Assembly: GCA_019828565.1 (NCBI GenBank)
Contig: JAHDYR010000025.1
Span: 186,001-250,000 of the forward strand
Reading direction: 5' to 3'
DNA from: Carpediemonas membranifera BICM
Taxonomy: Eukaryota; Protista; Fornicata
Length of the DNA: 64,000 bases
Shown: one piece after another, positions 10,490 through 21,500 of the stretch
Layout: the number at the start of each line of letters is the position of its first letter
How positions within the stretch are numbered: position 1 is the stretch's first letter
Program-made: the position numbers and the translations under genes
Notes under the pieces: model-generated
Seen by the model: only the letters and a program-made list of their open reading frames with translations
Told to the model about the DNA's origin: nothing
Database searches by the model: none

Positions 10490-10692
10490 CTTGCGAAGTT
10501 GAGCAAGCACGCGCTGCAGCGCGCGTGATATGCTGCGCACGGTTGATAGAGTATGATGAACCACACTGCGATCCTGATGCTGCTTGGATCACTGTGTGTT
10601 TTGGACTCAACAATTCTACTCGGCCGTTGACTACTAAGCACCCCACCCTACCCGCGCCTTACCCTTTACGTGAGTTGGCTCATAAATGGATG
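10490..10692 (+). ncRNA. Candidate Fanzor omegaRNA scaffold
   Basis: Immediately downstream of the Fanzor stop, with four stem-loops: 10508-10527, 10562-10598, 10607-10630, 10665-10686. Confidence 0.45.
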
Positions 10693-10712
10693 ATTCTAAT
10701 CCTGCGGGCACA
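10693..10712 (+). promoter_or_regulatory. Second copy of the ATTCTAATCCTGCG(C)GGCACA motif, right flank of the Fanzor and 11 nt upstream of the TMEM120 ATG
   Basis: Direct sequence match to 8243-8263 and 62841-62861. Regulatory role is inferred. Confidence 0.6.
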
Positions 10713-10723
10713 ATTCAGTGATA

Positions 10724-11737
10724 ATGAGCGACGACGGCGCTGCGGCAATCGAGAGTCTTCAGACAACTCATGCCGAACTAATAACCAAATTCAAGTCATA
10801 CGTGGAGCAGGAGAAGCAACTGACCTCGGCACGTGGGGCGTTGGAGAAGGAAGCAAAGAGCTTTTCGAAAATCCATCGTGAAGTGGTTAAAATGGCCAAG
10901 ACAATGACACCCGAGGAGCAAGACAAGCTCTCAGACATGGCGCGCACAGTGAAGCCCATTCGTGGCCGCATGCCCGTCCGCGGCGGTTTCCCGCTCAGCC
11001 CCATCATCGGATCCGTCAACGTCCGCCTCTCTCCATCTGAGCGTATCGCATTCAAGCAGGCATATGAGCAGTGGAAGTTCAAGGCCGCAATGTTCCTCAT
11101 CGCGGCTCTGCTCGTCACACTTGTCGTTCCTGTGCTCGACATTCTCTCGACGACGCTGCTCTTCGCCTTTTACATCATTATCACTCTCCGCGAGTCTATA
11201 CTCACCCGCAACGGGTCTCGTATCCGATTCTGGTGGCGTGCGCACCACTACCTGTCGTCCTTTGCGGCCTTCATCCTCGTCACCTGGTGCTCCGTAGACT
11301 GCGCGGTCTGGCGCGACATTCGCTGCCCCGTGCTGTCGTTCATGATCTACGTCTTCATCGTCCAGATCCTGCAGACCCGGTACCAGTTATCGCGGTTGTA
11401 TACCCTCACCGCCCTCGACCGGGCGCATGTCATGGACACCACGAACGCAGAGACCATCCAGTACCGCCGGGGTGTCTCCATGCCCATCCTCCTGCCCTTC
11501 CTGTGGATCGCACACGGCTGGCAGTTCCTCATCGGATACCGGTGCGCCATCGCCTGGGGCAGCAGGATGCTGCTGGCCTTCAATGACCCGTACGTCTCTG
11601 CCCCCCAGTGGCAGGGCGTCATTATCGCTGGGTCATTCATGCTGCTAGCGATCGGCAACATCTACACGACGCTGCACACCGTCGTTCGTAGGGTGAAGAG
11701 CGTCGTCCGGCAGAGGCGCGAGAGGAAGGCGGAGTAG
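10724..11737 (+). CDS. TMEM120: TMEM120/TMPIT family membrane protein
   Basis: N-terminal coiled coil, FKQAYEQWK, LRESIL..NGSRIRFWWRAHHYLS, multiple TM helices. Confidence 0.9.
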   Translation: MSDDGAAAIESLQTTHAELITKFKSYVEQEKQLTSARGALEKEAKSFSKIHREVVKMAKTMTPEEQDKLSDMARTVKPIRGRMPVRGGFPLSPIIGSVNVRLSPSERIAFKQAYEQWKFKAAMFLIAALLVTLVVPVLDILSTTLLFAFYIIITLRESILTRNGSRIRFWWRAHHYLSSFAAFILVTWCSVDCAVWRDIRCPVLSFMIYVFIVQILQTRYQLSRLYTLTALDRAHVMDTTNAETIQYRRGVSMPILLPFLWIAHGWQFLIGYRCAIAWGSRMLLAFNDPYVSAPQWQGVIIAGSFMLLAIGNIYTTLHTVVRRVKSVVRQRRERKAE

Positions 11738-11881
11738 GATATGATGATGATGCTTATAAACCTGTATATATGGTAGTACTGGTGCTATGGGCTATCGAGG
11801 GGTTGTCGCCCAGATCGGGGATTTTGTCAGCTTTGACACAAGAACGACAGAGCCAGCCGTCCAGCTGATTCAGCAGCACTA

Positions 11882-12856
11882 ATGGGACATACAGCAGAAA
11901 AATGGACATCATACGCGGATACGCGCACAGGAATCAACCCCTTCCTTCACGACATGAGCCAGAAGCCCCGGAATGCGTTGGACAAGATGATTCAGTACTC
12001 TCTGATGCTCTCGATCCTACCCGCTCGCCTCATGGTTCGCTGGTCGTTCTTCATGTACAAGAAGCAGAGCACGTTCTTCTCGAAGCTTCTCCCCGCACGT
12101 GCTTCCCGCCCCATCCTCTGGGCGCTGCACACGCTCGTCCTCCGGGTCTATCTCGCCCTATTCGGCTTCTACTACATCGATGCCCGCAGTGTGGGTAAGC
12201 CCAAAGCCTCCATCGTCGACCGGATTGCCCCCGACGTCGAGCCTGGCGACCTCATCATCGCCAACCGGATCTCGTGGACCCAGATCCTCTATCTGACCTT
12301 CCGGTTCAACCCCATCTACGCATTTCCCGCTACGGACTACACTGAGGTGCCGGCCACTGTCCCCGTGAAGGCTGTGGACTTCTCGGAGGCCGTGAAGCTG
12401 ATGTCAAACAACAGTCCGATCGAAACGAAGCACTGCAAGCCACTGTCCGACGTGATTTACCAGTCCAGACAAAAGGGCCGGTGCGTCGTGTTGTTCCCAG
12501 AGGGCTGCTCCACCAACGGCAAGGGCCTGCTGAAGTTCTTGCCCGTCCTCGACTCGAACATCACCGCCGTGACCCCTAAGCGCGTCCTCACGATGGCCTT
12601 CAAGATCAAGGACACCAAGGGTCTCGCATGGATCAACACAGGCTTCGAAAAACGCAGCCTGGGTGACCGCATGACGGCTGAGTCAGTCGCCGTGCAGTCT
12701 ATGACAGTCAAGGCGATCGAGACCCTTCCCGTGCTTACTGTCGACGGGCAGTGGTGGGCCGACACCCGGAAGGTCCTTGCCCAAAGCATCCAGGTGCCCT
12801 GCATGGATTTGACCGTTCTTGACCGGAAGGAATTTTTCAAGGCTTACCACAGTTAA
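11882..12856 (+). CDS. Lysophospholipid acyltransferase-like protein (Vps66/Loa1 type)
   Basis: EKW..YADTRTGINPF N-terminus and VLFPEGCSTNGKGLLKF. Motif I is degenerate (ANRISWTQ). Confidence 0.75.
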   Translation: MGHTAEKWTSYADTRTGINPFLHDMSQKPRNALDKMIQYSLMLSILPARLMVRWSFFMYKKQSTFFSKLLPARASRPILWALHTLVLRVYLALFGFYYIDARSVGKPKASIVDRIAPDVEPGDLIIANRISWTQILYLTFRFNPIYAFPATDYTEVPATVPVKAVDFSEAVKLMSNNSPIETKHCKPLSDVIYQSRQKGRCVVLFPEGCSTNGKGLLKFLPVLDSNITAVTPKRVLTMAFKIKDTKGLAWINTGFEKRSLGDRMTAESVAVQSMTVKAIETLPVLTVDGQWWADTRKVLAQSIQVPCMDLTVLDRKEFFKAYHS

Positions 12857-12984
12857 GCAAGAAGCCATTGGTGTAAATACGAGAGTGTCTAGGGTAGCAT
12901 GGGCTCGGCTGACTTGAGAGGGCCTCAAATATTCGAGATTCGAGATCGCAAAGTCCAGAATTGGAGACAGAGTTGTCAGTTCGA

Positions 12985-14151
12985 ATGAGCGATGATGGGG
13001 ATGACACCCGCTCGTCTTACAGTAGCAGTGGACGTGCAATGGCTGATGCCACCGGCATGGGCGAAAATAGCGATCCGTACGCGAATCATTTCCGCTCCAC
13101 ACCTTATGATCGAAGTAGGACGCCAAGCGAGCACTCGCAGGCATCATCAGCACCGCCACCACATCTTAGGCACTATCCATACCTCTCAGAGTTCCCACAA
13201 CCGACACGGCCCGGCGGCATGGCACTGCCCGTTTGGGAGGACCGGCAACCATCCAACATTTCCACGATAACCCCGCCGCCACAGGACATCGACGACGGAA
13301 GAGAAACCGAGAGGATGGGCCTGACCAAGGGCGACCTCCCCGCGGAGTTGAAGCTCATGATTGGCCGCGGCGAGGAGCTAACAAAAGCTCGGGCTCTGGA
13401 GAGGATGGGCGTCCTCACCGCGTTATTCACCCTCCTGCAGGGGCTCACGTCGGCGTACATCCTTGCGTGGACGTTCATATTCGCTGACATCCCGTTGAGC
13501 TGGCTCAGCGCCATTGCGGGCATCATCATTTCACTCATATTTGGCCTCATCGGCGGGATCCCCATTGCCATAGTTACGGTGCTCGGCCTCGTGATCAAGC
13601 ACACCTGGGGCCTGCCCCGCGTCGTCCTCGTGACGGCGCTCTACCTCCTCTACGGCTGGTTTCCCTCGGCCGTGTTCGCATTCCTCGCGGTAGGGGTCGT
13701 TGCGTTGATTGGGGGGCCGTGGGATCCGAGGGCAGTCTTCATCGTGGCCTCGCTGACCCACGGCATCTCCTGGGTGGTCGTGTCAGTCGTCTCGCTAGCC
13801 AGCTGGTTCATTCGAAACAGGTTGTTCGCCGCAAACCCAGTGCTCGCTGCGAAGGCGAGGGGGAGTGTTGGCCTCGTCGTAGCCATCTTCGCCATGTCGA
13901 TGATTGGGATGACCCTATCGACGATGGGGACGCTCCTGCTGACCAACGTATTCCTCATTGCCCTGTCCCTTCTCGGGGCGGGCGGGGTCGTGGTGACGAG
14001 GATGGCAACGCCCGTTGTTGTGGCGATCACGTTCATCGGGATATGTGCAGCGTTCTCAATACTGAGCGCTGTCCAGTTCACTCGGAGCCGGCGGAGGCGG
14101 CTCGTGGAGCAGGCGACGCGGGCACAGATCCAGTCGATGGACCTCATTTGA
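12985..14151 (+). CDS. Multi-pass membrane protein of unknown function
   Basis: Disordered N-terminus followed by about 6-8 hydrophobic segments. Confidence 0.7.
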   Translation: MSDDGDDTRSSYSSSGRAMADATGMGENSDPYANHFRSTPYDRSRTPSEHSQASSAPPPHLRHYPYLSEFPQPTRPGGMALPVWEDRQPSNISTITPPPQDIDDGRETERMGLTKGDLPAELKLMIGRGEELTKARALERMGVLTALFTLLQGLTSAYILAWTFIFADIPLSWLSAIAGIIISLIFGLIGGIPIAIVTVLGLVIKHTWGLPRVVLVTALYLLYGWFPSAVFAFLAVGVVALIGGPWDPRAVFIVASLTHGISWVVVSVVSLASWFIRNRLFAANPVLAAKARGSVGLVVAIFAMSMIGMTLSTMGTLLLTNVFLIALSLLGAGGVVVTRMATPVVVAITFIGICAAFSILSAVQFTRSRRRRLVEQATRAQIQSMDLI

Positions 14152-14442
14152 ATAGAATAGGCCGACACACCTGCCTATCAGTATTAGTATTAAACAACGC
14201 AGCTGGCGGTCTGGTGGAGGGAGCAGGCGCCGTCTGATGGCGGGTTGTGTAGTCTTACTGAAGTATCATAGAGTGCACTCATCCACCGTCTGCCTTACCT
14301 TACCGTCCAGCTCTGTGGAAGTGCTTTTGACGCAAGATGTGGTTCGTCAGGCGCACTCTGCGGAAGCTCTTGACCATCCCAGCCAAGTCTAGTCTTGCCC
14401 ACGTCGCAGGATAAGACACGAGAATCCGCGAGTCCCTACAGG

Positions 14443-15532
14443 ATGCAGGACAACACTACGAGGTTCACGCATAATCACAAGGACAACTTCTATGTTGATA
14501 TATCACTCCAGTGCAGCATCCCATCCAGTATGTCGTATTTGGCAAAGTTATTCAGTTCCATTCCCTCCAAAGCTTTTCAAGGACGCAGTAATAGACACAA
14601 AGTCATATCTCCTCCCTACAGTAGGAACACTTGAAAGCCGCATTGTTGATCCTCTGATTTGCCCGACGAATTGGGGTATTTCGGCCGAGGAGGCGTCCAT
14701 CCCTGAGGACCAGCCCAACGAGGACGGCACGTACTTCATAGACGCTAGAGACGCAGAGCTGCTCGTATACACCGAGGCAGTGCTGTCGAAATGCGCCCCG
14801 AAGAAGACCAAGTGGTTCTCGAAGCTCGAGCACGCCCGCCACCGCGAGCAGCACGAGCAGCGCATTAGCGTTTCCCAGCGCAAGGTCGAGAGGACCAAGG
14901 CATATGTTCCACATGACAAGGATTCCCGTCGGGAGGCTATTGAGGCTTCGTTCGACGTCGTCATGAGGGATCGGGACACCACCGCCCACCGCAGGTCCGC
15001 CGCAGAGAAACGGGCCGCGGATATGCTTGAGAGACACTATCCCAAGCAGAAGGACTTCTTCGACGGCGCCAAGATCACGGTCGAGCCCTTCCTGCCGGCC
15101 CTGACGCCCGGCCTTGACACCCAGCTGCCGGAAAACCCTATGATCTGGGACACCGCACTCGTGACGATGCCCGCAGACATCCAGCCGACGCCAGGCAGCT
15201 TCATCGTCGGTTTGGACAACGACGAGTGCGTCGTCCTCAACCGGACGAAGGAGGGCTACGCAGCCGCCGGCCGCACGGGCTTCAAGAGCCGCCCTGCCAC
15301 GGACCCGGTCATCTTCTGGGAGGACACCGTCAACGGGCTGCCCGTTGTCCGGTACGTCGCCCGGGCTCCGAACATGGACATGCAGCGTCTGCCCGTGACC
15401 GGGGCGACTCTCGCCACACGGTTCGAGGTCGTCGGGCGGGACCTGACCGAGGAGGAGCAGGCGCAGATCAAGCAGAACGCGGACATCATCGGGGAGCGGG
15501 GCCACGCGGTGGGGGTCAGTCAGGACCTGTAG
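14443..15532 (+). CDS. PAF1: RNA polymerase II-associated factor Paf1; 2 exons, intron 14528-14555
   Basis: Splicing the 28-nt GTATGT...TTATTCAG intron gives CSIPSIPFPPKLF. Downstream DARDAELL, WFSKLE, AIEASFD and HYPK..VEPFLP match Paf1. Confidence 0.75.
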
Positions 15533-15604
15533 ACGCACGGCCGCTGGGTGTAAATATCGGGCCATGGGCTGGGGTGGGACATTGGTGCGGAGGGTCATCA
15601 GACG

Positions 15605-17506
15605 ATGGCACTGATGGACGAGAAGCTGCTGAACCCTCAGGCGGAGAAGGTGAAGCAGGAGCTGCTCGCCGAGGAAGAATCTCTCATAGATGTGTTCGTA
15701 GAGCAGCAAGAAACCGCGGAGAGTGTTGTCGTTGAGCTCCGCGAATGCGATGAGGTCCTAGACAAAATGGAGAAGTCCTTCGGCTCTTTCCAGCAGAGTA
15801 TCACGGCCCTATACCGCGACATTCGCCACCTGCAGGACGAATCCTCTCTTCTCCGCGTCCAGCTGTCGAATCGACAAGCCGTGGCCGGCGAGATCGCTGA
15901 GTATGTCTCCAAGTGCGAGCTCAGCACGGGCACTATCAAGCTCCTGCTCGAGGGAAGCATCAACAGACAGTACCACGAGGCGCTGGGCGAGCTGTCCGAC
16001 CGCCTCACGTTCCTTTCCTCCCTCGACGCCGTCCGAGCCCACCCCGGCGCCCTCAAAGCGTACAGCGACCAGATCGACGTGCTCTCCATAGCTGTAGCAA
16101 AGCGCCTGCAATCCTTCCTGAGTCGGCTGATCGTCTCCCTTCGCAGGGCTGAGGGCCGTGCGGACCGGGGCACCGACATCGCCCCGCATGCCCCGGTCCT
16201 CTCGTTTCTGCACCTCCATTGCGCCCCAGTGGCGACGCTGATCACCTCACTGTACGAGGACGTCATGTCCAAGGTCTACCTCTCATCGTTCACGTCATAC
16301 CTCAAGAGCATCAACCCGGACGCCGACCCCGTCGGTCTCATCGGCGACACGGGCACCATCTGGAAGCGGGGGCGGGTGGGGCTCTCTAACATAGCGGAGT
16401 CACTCTCCCTCGACGGCCGGCGCAGCATCCTCACCACGGCCAGCACGCGGGCCTCCATCGCACCCGCCCCGACCCTCACGGTCGAGAGGGCTGCCATCTC
16501 AGTGGTACAGCTGCTGGGCGAGGTCGCGTTGACCGAGTCCGCGTTCGACTGGGACTTCTTCTCCGGCAGGGAACCCGCCATGGCTGGTAAGATCCTCGCC
16601 AAGCCGATTGACGCCGTTGTCGAGACGGTGGGCCGCTGGATGGACAAGACGACGGACGCCGTCGGTCTCATGGCCGCCTTGGTCGCTGTACACGCCGTCC
16701 GGTCCCGCATGGAGCGGCATGGCGTCGGCGTCCTCACATCGGCGATGCAGCGACTCGACATGCTCGGCATCCCGCATTTTATGGCACTTATCGACCGTCA
16801 CATCGCATCGCTGCCAGAGAGGCTCGACGCCGATGGTGGCATCAACCAGGTGACCCACCGCTTCGGCAAGCTTCTGGCCTCGATCCTCGCGGTCAACGTC
16901 GTCTACCCGGAACTCTGCCCCCACGCCCCCAGGAAGCTGAGCGACGCCTTCAACCGCTGTATCATGGCGACGCAGGTGAAGGGCAAGCCCGAGGGCCGCC
17001 TGGCCTTCCTCGCCTCGAGCTACTACCACATCCTCGGGGAGCTGCGGCACGTCGACGGCGGTGACGTCAAGGCCAGCTATGCGAACCAGCTTCGGTCCTG
17101 TGTCGAGGCATACGGGCAGCTGGCGGCCAATGCCTTGTGCCCCGCGGTGTTCTCGTTCGTTGCCTCCGTCGACGCCGTCGTGGGTCACGACGGTTCGTAC
17201 TCTGAGTTCGTCAAGGAGAGCGAGGAGGCGCCCGGCAACATCAGCATCGCCCTTGAGAAGGCGGTGCGGGCTTTCGCCGCGCAGTGGGAGGCCGGTGTCC
17301 AGACGATGGCAACGCAGGTCGCGGGCCAGCTGTGCGGTGGGGCAGAGGGCCTGGCGTTTAAGGCGGCGTTCTCGTCGTTGAACAGGCTCAATGCGAGGCT
17401 GGGGTCGCTCGTACAGGGGTCGCCGCAGAATCTCATCAGGTTGACTGTGCCGGCATCGAAGTTAAGCGCCGCAAAGGATGATATCCTGGCAAAGCGGGGC
17501 TGGTGA
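15605..17506 (+). CDS. VPS52: GARP/EARP complex subunit Vps52
   Basis: N-terminal ELRECDEVLDKME..FQ..I..L..DI..LQ.ES..L.V.L.NR coiled coil typical of Vps52. Confidence 0.85.
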   Translation: MALMDEKLLNPQAEKVKQELLAEEESLIDVFVEQQETAESVVVELRECDEVLDKMEKSFGSFQQSITALYRDIRHLQDESSLLRVQLSNRQAVAGEIAEYVSKCELSTGTIKLLLEGSINRQYHEALGELSDRLTFLSSLDAVRAHPGALKAYSDQIDVLSIAVAKRLQSFLSRLIVSLRRAEGRADRGTDIAPHAPVLSFLHLHCAPVATLITSLYEDVMSKVYLSSFTSYLKSINPDADPVGLIGDTGTIWKRGRVGLSNIAESLSLDGRRSILTTASTRASIAPAPTLTVERAAISVVQLLGEVALTESAFDWDFFSGREPAMAGKILAKPIDAVVETVGRWMDKTTDAVGLMAALVAVHAVRSRMERHGVGVLTSAMQRLDMLGIPHFMALIDRHIASLPERLDADGGINQVTHRFGKLLASILAVNVVYPELCPHAPRKLSDAFNRCIMATQVKGKPEGRLAFLASSYYHILGELRHVDGGDVKASYANQLRSCVEAYGQLAANALCPAVFSFVASVDAVVGHDGSYSEFVKESEEAPGNISIALEKAVRAFAAQWEAGVQTMATQVAGQLCGGAEGLAFKAAFSSLNRLNARLGSLVQGSPQNLIRLTVPASKLSAAKDDILAKRGW

Positions 17507-17702
17507 GCAGACTGGTAGTTGAATTATTGTCTGACGTTAAACTGCGCTTAACTTTGCTTTGTCCGGAGAGCAGGAATTGGAGTTCTGAGTCATGCAGGGG
17601 CGCGTTAGTGCTGGATTAACGAGAAATGTGGCTAAAACGTCTGGAAAGAAGCAGAAGCTTCCCGATGGGCCAAAAGCTATCCGGTTTCACCGTATTCGGA
17701 CT

Positions 17703-18413
17703 ATGAAGAATGAAGCAACGTTCACAGTGATGCAGAAAGACGATATATCCGTTGAGATGCTGATGGAACTGCTCAAGCTTGATCGCCAGCACTGTATTGA
17801 TGTTATTCTGTCCAAATCCGACAACCGGCCCGTTCCGGCCTTCGTCCAGCTCCTGTTCCAGCCCCGCTTCAAGCCACACGACGCCACTGCGCCCATATAC
17901 CCAAGATCCAACGTCTCCGACACCCTCCCCGGGATGTTCTTCCTCGTCACACCCTTTGCACCAGTGTGCACCTTTGTGCTGAACACAACCGACATGCAGA
18001 CCCTGGTGCAGAACCACGCGCTTCAGATTCACCCAGACGTCCCGTTACAGGCCACCAAACGTGTACGGCCAGGCCGTCTGACGACTCTGGTGAGCATACT
18101 CGATGCCTGTGACGTCACGTCGCAGTTTACCCTCGAAACGAAGCCGGTCGACCACCACACTGTCACTCCAGACACCGCCATCACCACATGGGACCTCCGC
18201 ATCCAACTTCTTCAGACCCAGGTCGCCGTCGTCCTGGGGGAGCTGGCCGGCCCATCGATGGAGGCTGTCGGGACTGCCGAGCCGGAGACCCACAGCGGCG
18301 GGCCGGGGTTCCTGGTGACGCTGGGGGCGAGGGGGACGCATGCATTCCTCAACGGGGACGAGATGGCTGAGCTCGTCGGCAAGGGGGCGGTGGCAGCCAT
18401 AAGGTGTCAGTAG
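17703..18413 (+). CDS. Hypothetical protein
   Basis: ORF with host codon bias followed by a GTAAAT 3' signal. Start is uncertain (17592 or 17703). Confidence 0.55.
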   Translation: MKNEATFTVMQKDDISVEMLMELLKLDRQHCIDVILSKSDNRPVPAFVQLLFQPRFKPHDATAPIYPRSNVSDTLPGMFFLVTPFAPVCTFVLNTTDMQTLVQNHALQIHPDVPLQATKRVRPGRLTTLVSILDACDVTSQFTLETKPVDHHTVTPDTAITTWDLRIQLLQTQVAVVLGELAGPSMEAVGTAEPETHSGGPGFLVTLGARGTHAFLNGDEMAELVGKGAVAAIRCQ

Positions 18414-18568
18414 TGGTAAATATTTAGCGGAATTTAAGGGAGGAGGGTCAGGTATCATGTGTCATACGGCAGGGAGGGTTGGATAGCCATGGTTTGTGCT
18501 GGTGGGGTTGGCATCTCCGTGACAGGCAGCTTTGGGATCACCTGACTGAAGGCAAACAAAGTCGAAGA

Positions 18569-21500
18569 ATGGGCCTTCGTTCAATCGTCAGGCGTATCAA
18601 GAAGAAAGAGAATGAGCTAAGAATCCTAGTTATTGGCCTTGATGGCGCAGGCAAGTCTACGATCATCCGTGCGCTGAAGGGCGGCAATTTAGACGACATT
18701 CCGCCCACTTTCGGCTTCACAATCGATACATTGCAGTACAAACACACCGATGAAGCTGGTTCTTCGCACCAGTTCACCCTCAACTTTTACGACATCGGAG
18801 GGCAGACGACGCTGCGTCCTTTTTGGAGGAACTACTTCGAGAAGACAGACGGTGTCATCTGGGTGGTGGACTCCACTGACGCAGACAGGCTTAACGTGTG
18901 CAGGGACAGCCTTCATGATATCCTCAACGCTGAGAAGCTGAGCGCAGCGTCCCTTCTTGTCATGGCCAACAAACGAGACCTCGACGGAGCCCTGTCGGTC
19001 GACAGCATCTCGAATGGACTCCGGCTGGGTAATATAGAGGGCCGTCGCTGGCATATCCAGCCCTGTTCCGCCGTCAGCGGCGAGGGCCTGACCGACGGGC
19101 TCGACTGGCTCATGAGCGACGTCGCGCTGGCCCCGGTGGGAGCAGCAGACCTCGAGCGGGAGGACGATGAGATGGAGGCCGCGGACGTGGACGCTAAGGC
19201 CGCTGAGGACGCAGCCCGTGAGCTCCAGGCCCGCATCCTCGGCCTGGCCGAGGGCGGGGACGCGTACTGCGCCGCCGTGGATGAGCTGCTCGAGTGGATG
19301 GACGCCAAGTGCAAGGACATCTTCGAGCAGGCGGAGGCGTACATCGACCCCCGCCTCCCCGACCTCGTCGGCCCCCTCGCTGCCATCGCACACGCCGCCT
19401 TGCTCCAGGGCGACGACTGGCCCGCAAGAGCCGAGCACGTGCTGCGCCTGCTGTTCCGGTTCGTCGGCCTGCGGTCTCCCGCAGACGTGCTGCGGCCCTT
19501 CCCCCATGAGGTCGGACTGCTGCACGCCCTGCTCGATGCATGCCTCAATGAGGGGAGAAACGGCGCTTTCGAGACCCCCGACGCCCTCGCCGTGGCGTTA
19601 TACTGGCTGGGCTACGTGCTCGAGCAGCCGTTCGGCCTAGGCGCGATGAACGTCTCGCCTGCGGCCGTCACGGGACTGGCTCTGCGCCGTCTCATCGCCA
19701 CGTCGACCAGGGTACAGCGGGCAGCGGCCTCGGTCGCCTCGTCGGTCATGCGGCGCCGTACGGACGTCGACCCGGGCGTGGAGGTGGCCTTCCAGTCGTT
19801 CTGGTCGGACGCCGTCACTGCGCTCTCGACCACATTCAAGGACGCCACAGACGCGGAGGTAGAGGCTGTGCTGGGCTCCTTCGGCGTCACTACCACTGCC
19901 CAGCTGACCCTCCGCGGGGAGGCCTTATTCTGCGGGCTCCTCACGGCCCTCTGCGACATCCTCAAGCGAACCGACCGCGACCTTCTCCTGACGAGGGTCG
20001 GCACCGGTCTTGACGTCGGCCTCATGGAGACTGCCGTCCTCGAGCACCATGCCGTGTCGTCAGGCCGCATGACCGCCCTGTTCATGCGGTTTGTGTCGCG
20101 TGTAGGGACCATATTCGCCGAGGACCGCGTGCCCCGCTGGCAGTATAGGGTCACCGCGGACGCCACAGGCCCTGATGATGACTCCATCCCCTTCGACGTC
20201 CCCCCGCAGTTCGACTTCTGTTTCGACGCGCTGCTCGAAGGCCTCAAGAACCCCAGCTCCATTGCCCGTTGGGCCGCGGCCAAGGGCCTCTCGGTGCTGA
20301 CCCGCCGCCTGTGCCGGGACTTCGCCTGTGATGTCGTCACCGCCGTCCTTGCCCTGGTACGTGACTCCGACCCGACGCCCTACAGCACGCACGGGGCGTG
20401 TCTGTGCCTGGGGGAGCTGGCGCGGCACGGGCTGCTTGTCGGGCAGGACATCACTGAGGTGGTCACCAAGGTCGTCGGTGTGCTGCGCCACACCGACCGC
20501 GCTGTCCGAGACGCCGCGTGCTACGTCTGCTGGGCCCTGCCCCGCTGCTACGTGCCGTCCGAGTTCGCTGAGACGGTCCAGCTGATGTCCTCGGCCCTCC
20601 TCTGCGTATCATGCTTCGACCAGGAGGCCTCGTGCCGCCGGGCCGCGTGCTCCGCCTTCCATGAGCTCGTCGGCCGTCTGGGTCACCGCGACGACGTTGC
20701 CACTGTCGCCCACGGTCTGAGCCTACTCACGGTAGTCCAGTACTTCTCCGTCGGCCTCATGCACGTCTCCTTCACCGAGGTCGCCCCCCGTGTCGCCGAG
20801 TTTTCCGAGGCCTACCGCTCGGCCCTCCTCCGCTGGCTGATCGCCCAGTGCGCCCTCACGTCGGATTCTAAGACAGGCCGGACCCGGACCCTGGCTGCTG
20901 AGGCCATCCCGCTGCTCTCAGGCGGCGGGGGCGTCGCCATCCTCGAGTCAGCCGGGCTCGAGCAGATGGTCAACGCCGCGCTGGTCCCCCGGACGGAGTT
21001 GGAGAGCTGGCCGTACCTCCGGGCCGGCGCCCTGTCTGCGCTGGCGTCGTTTGTCGGCGTGTGCGGGCCGTCCTTCTCCTACGGGGGGGCAGCTCTCACC
21101 GCCCTGCCCGCCACCCTCCTCGACGGCGGTTTGGTCGACCTCAAGGCGGACCCCGAGGAGCTGCTCAGCTCACTGGCTGTCTATTGCACCGCGTTGGCCA
21201 AGACAGGCTACGCAGACGAGACAACGAGCACGGTGGCACGGGCCCTGTTGAGGTCGACGTCGCTCGAGCTCCAGGACACTGCCGTGGTTCTCCTCGACAG
21301 CTGGAAGTCCCCCGCCGCTGAGGACATGCCCGCCTGGCTCCAAACCGCCATTGAATCGCTCAACGGTGTCGCTGAGGGTCGGGCCGACGTGATCACCCAG
21401 CGCCACACCATCCGGGGCATGGGCCTCGCCCTGCCCCGTCTGGTCCGCATCCTCGGCCGCGACCCGCTTGACAAGGCCGTCATAGATGCCGTGACCGGCG

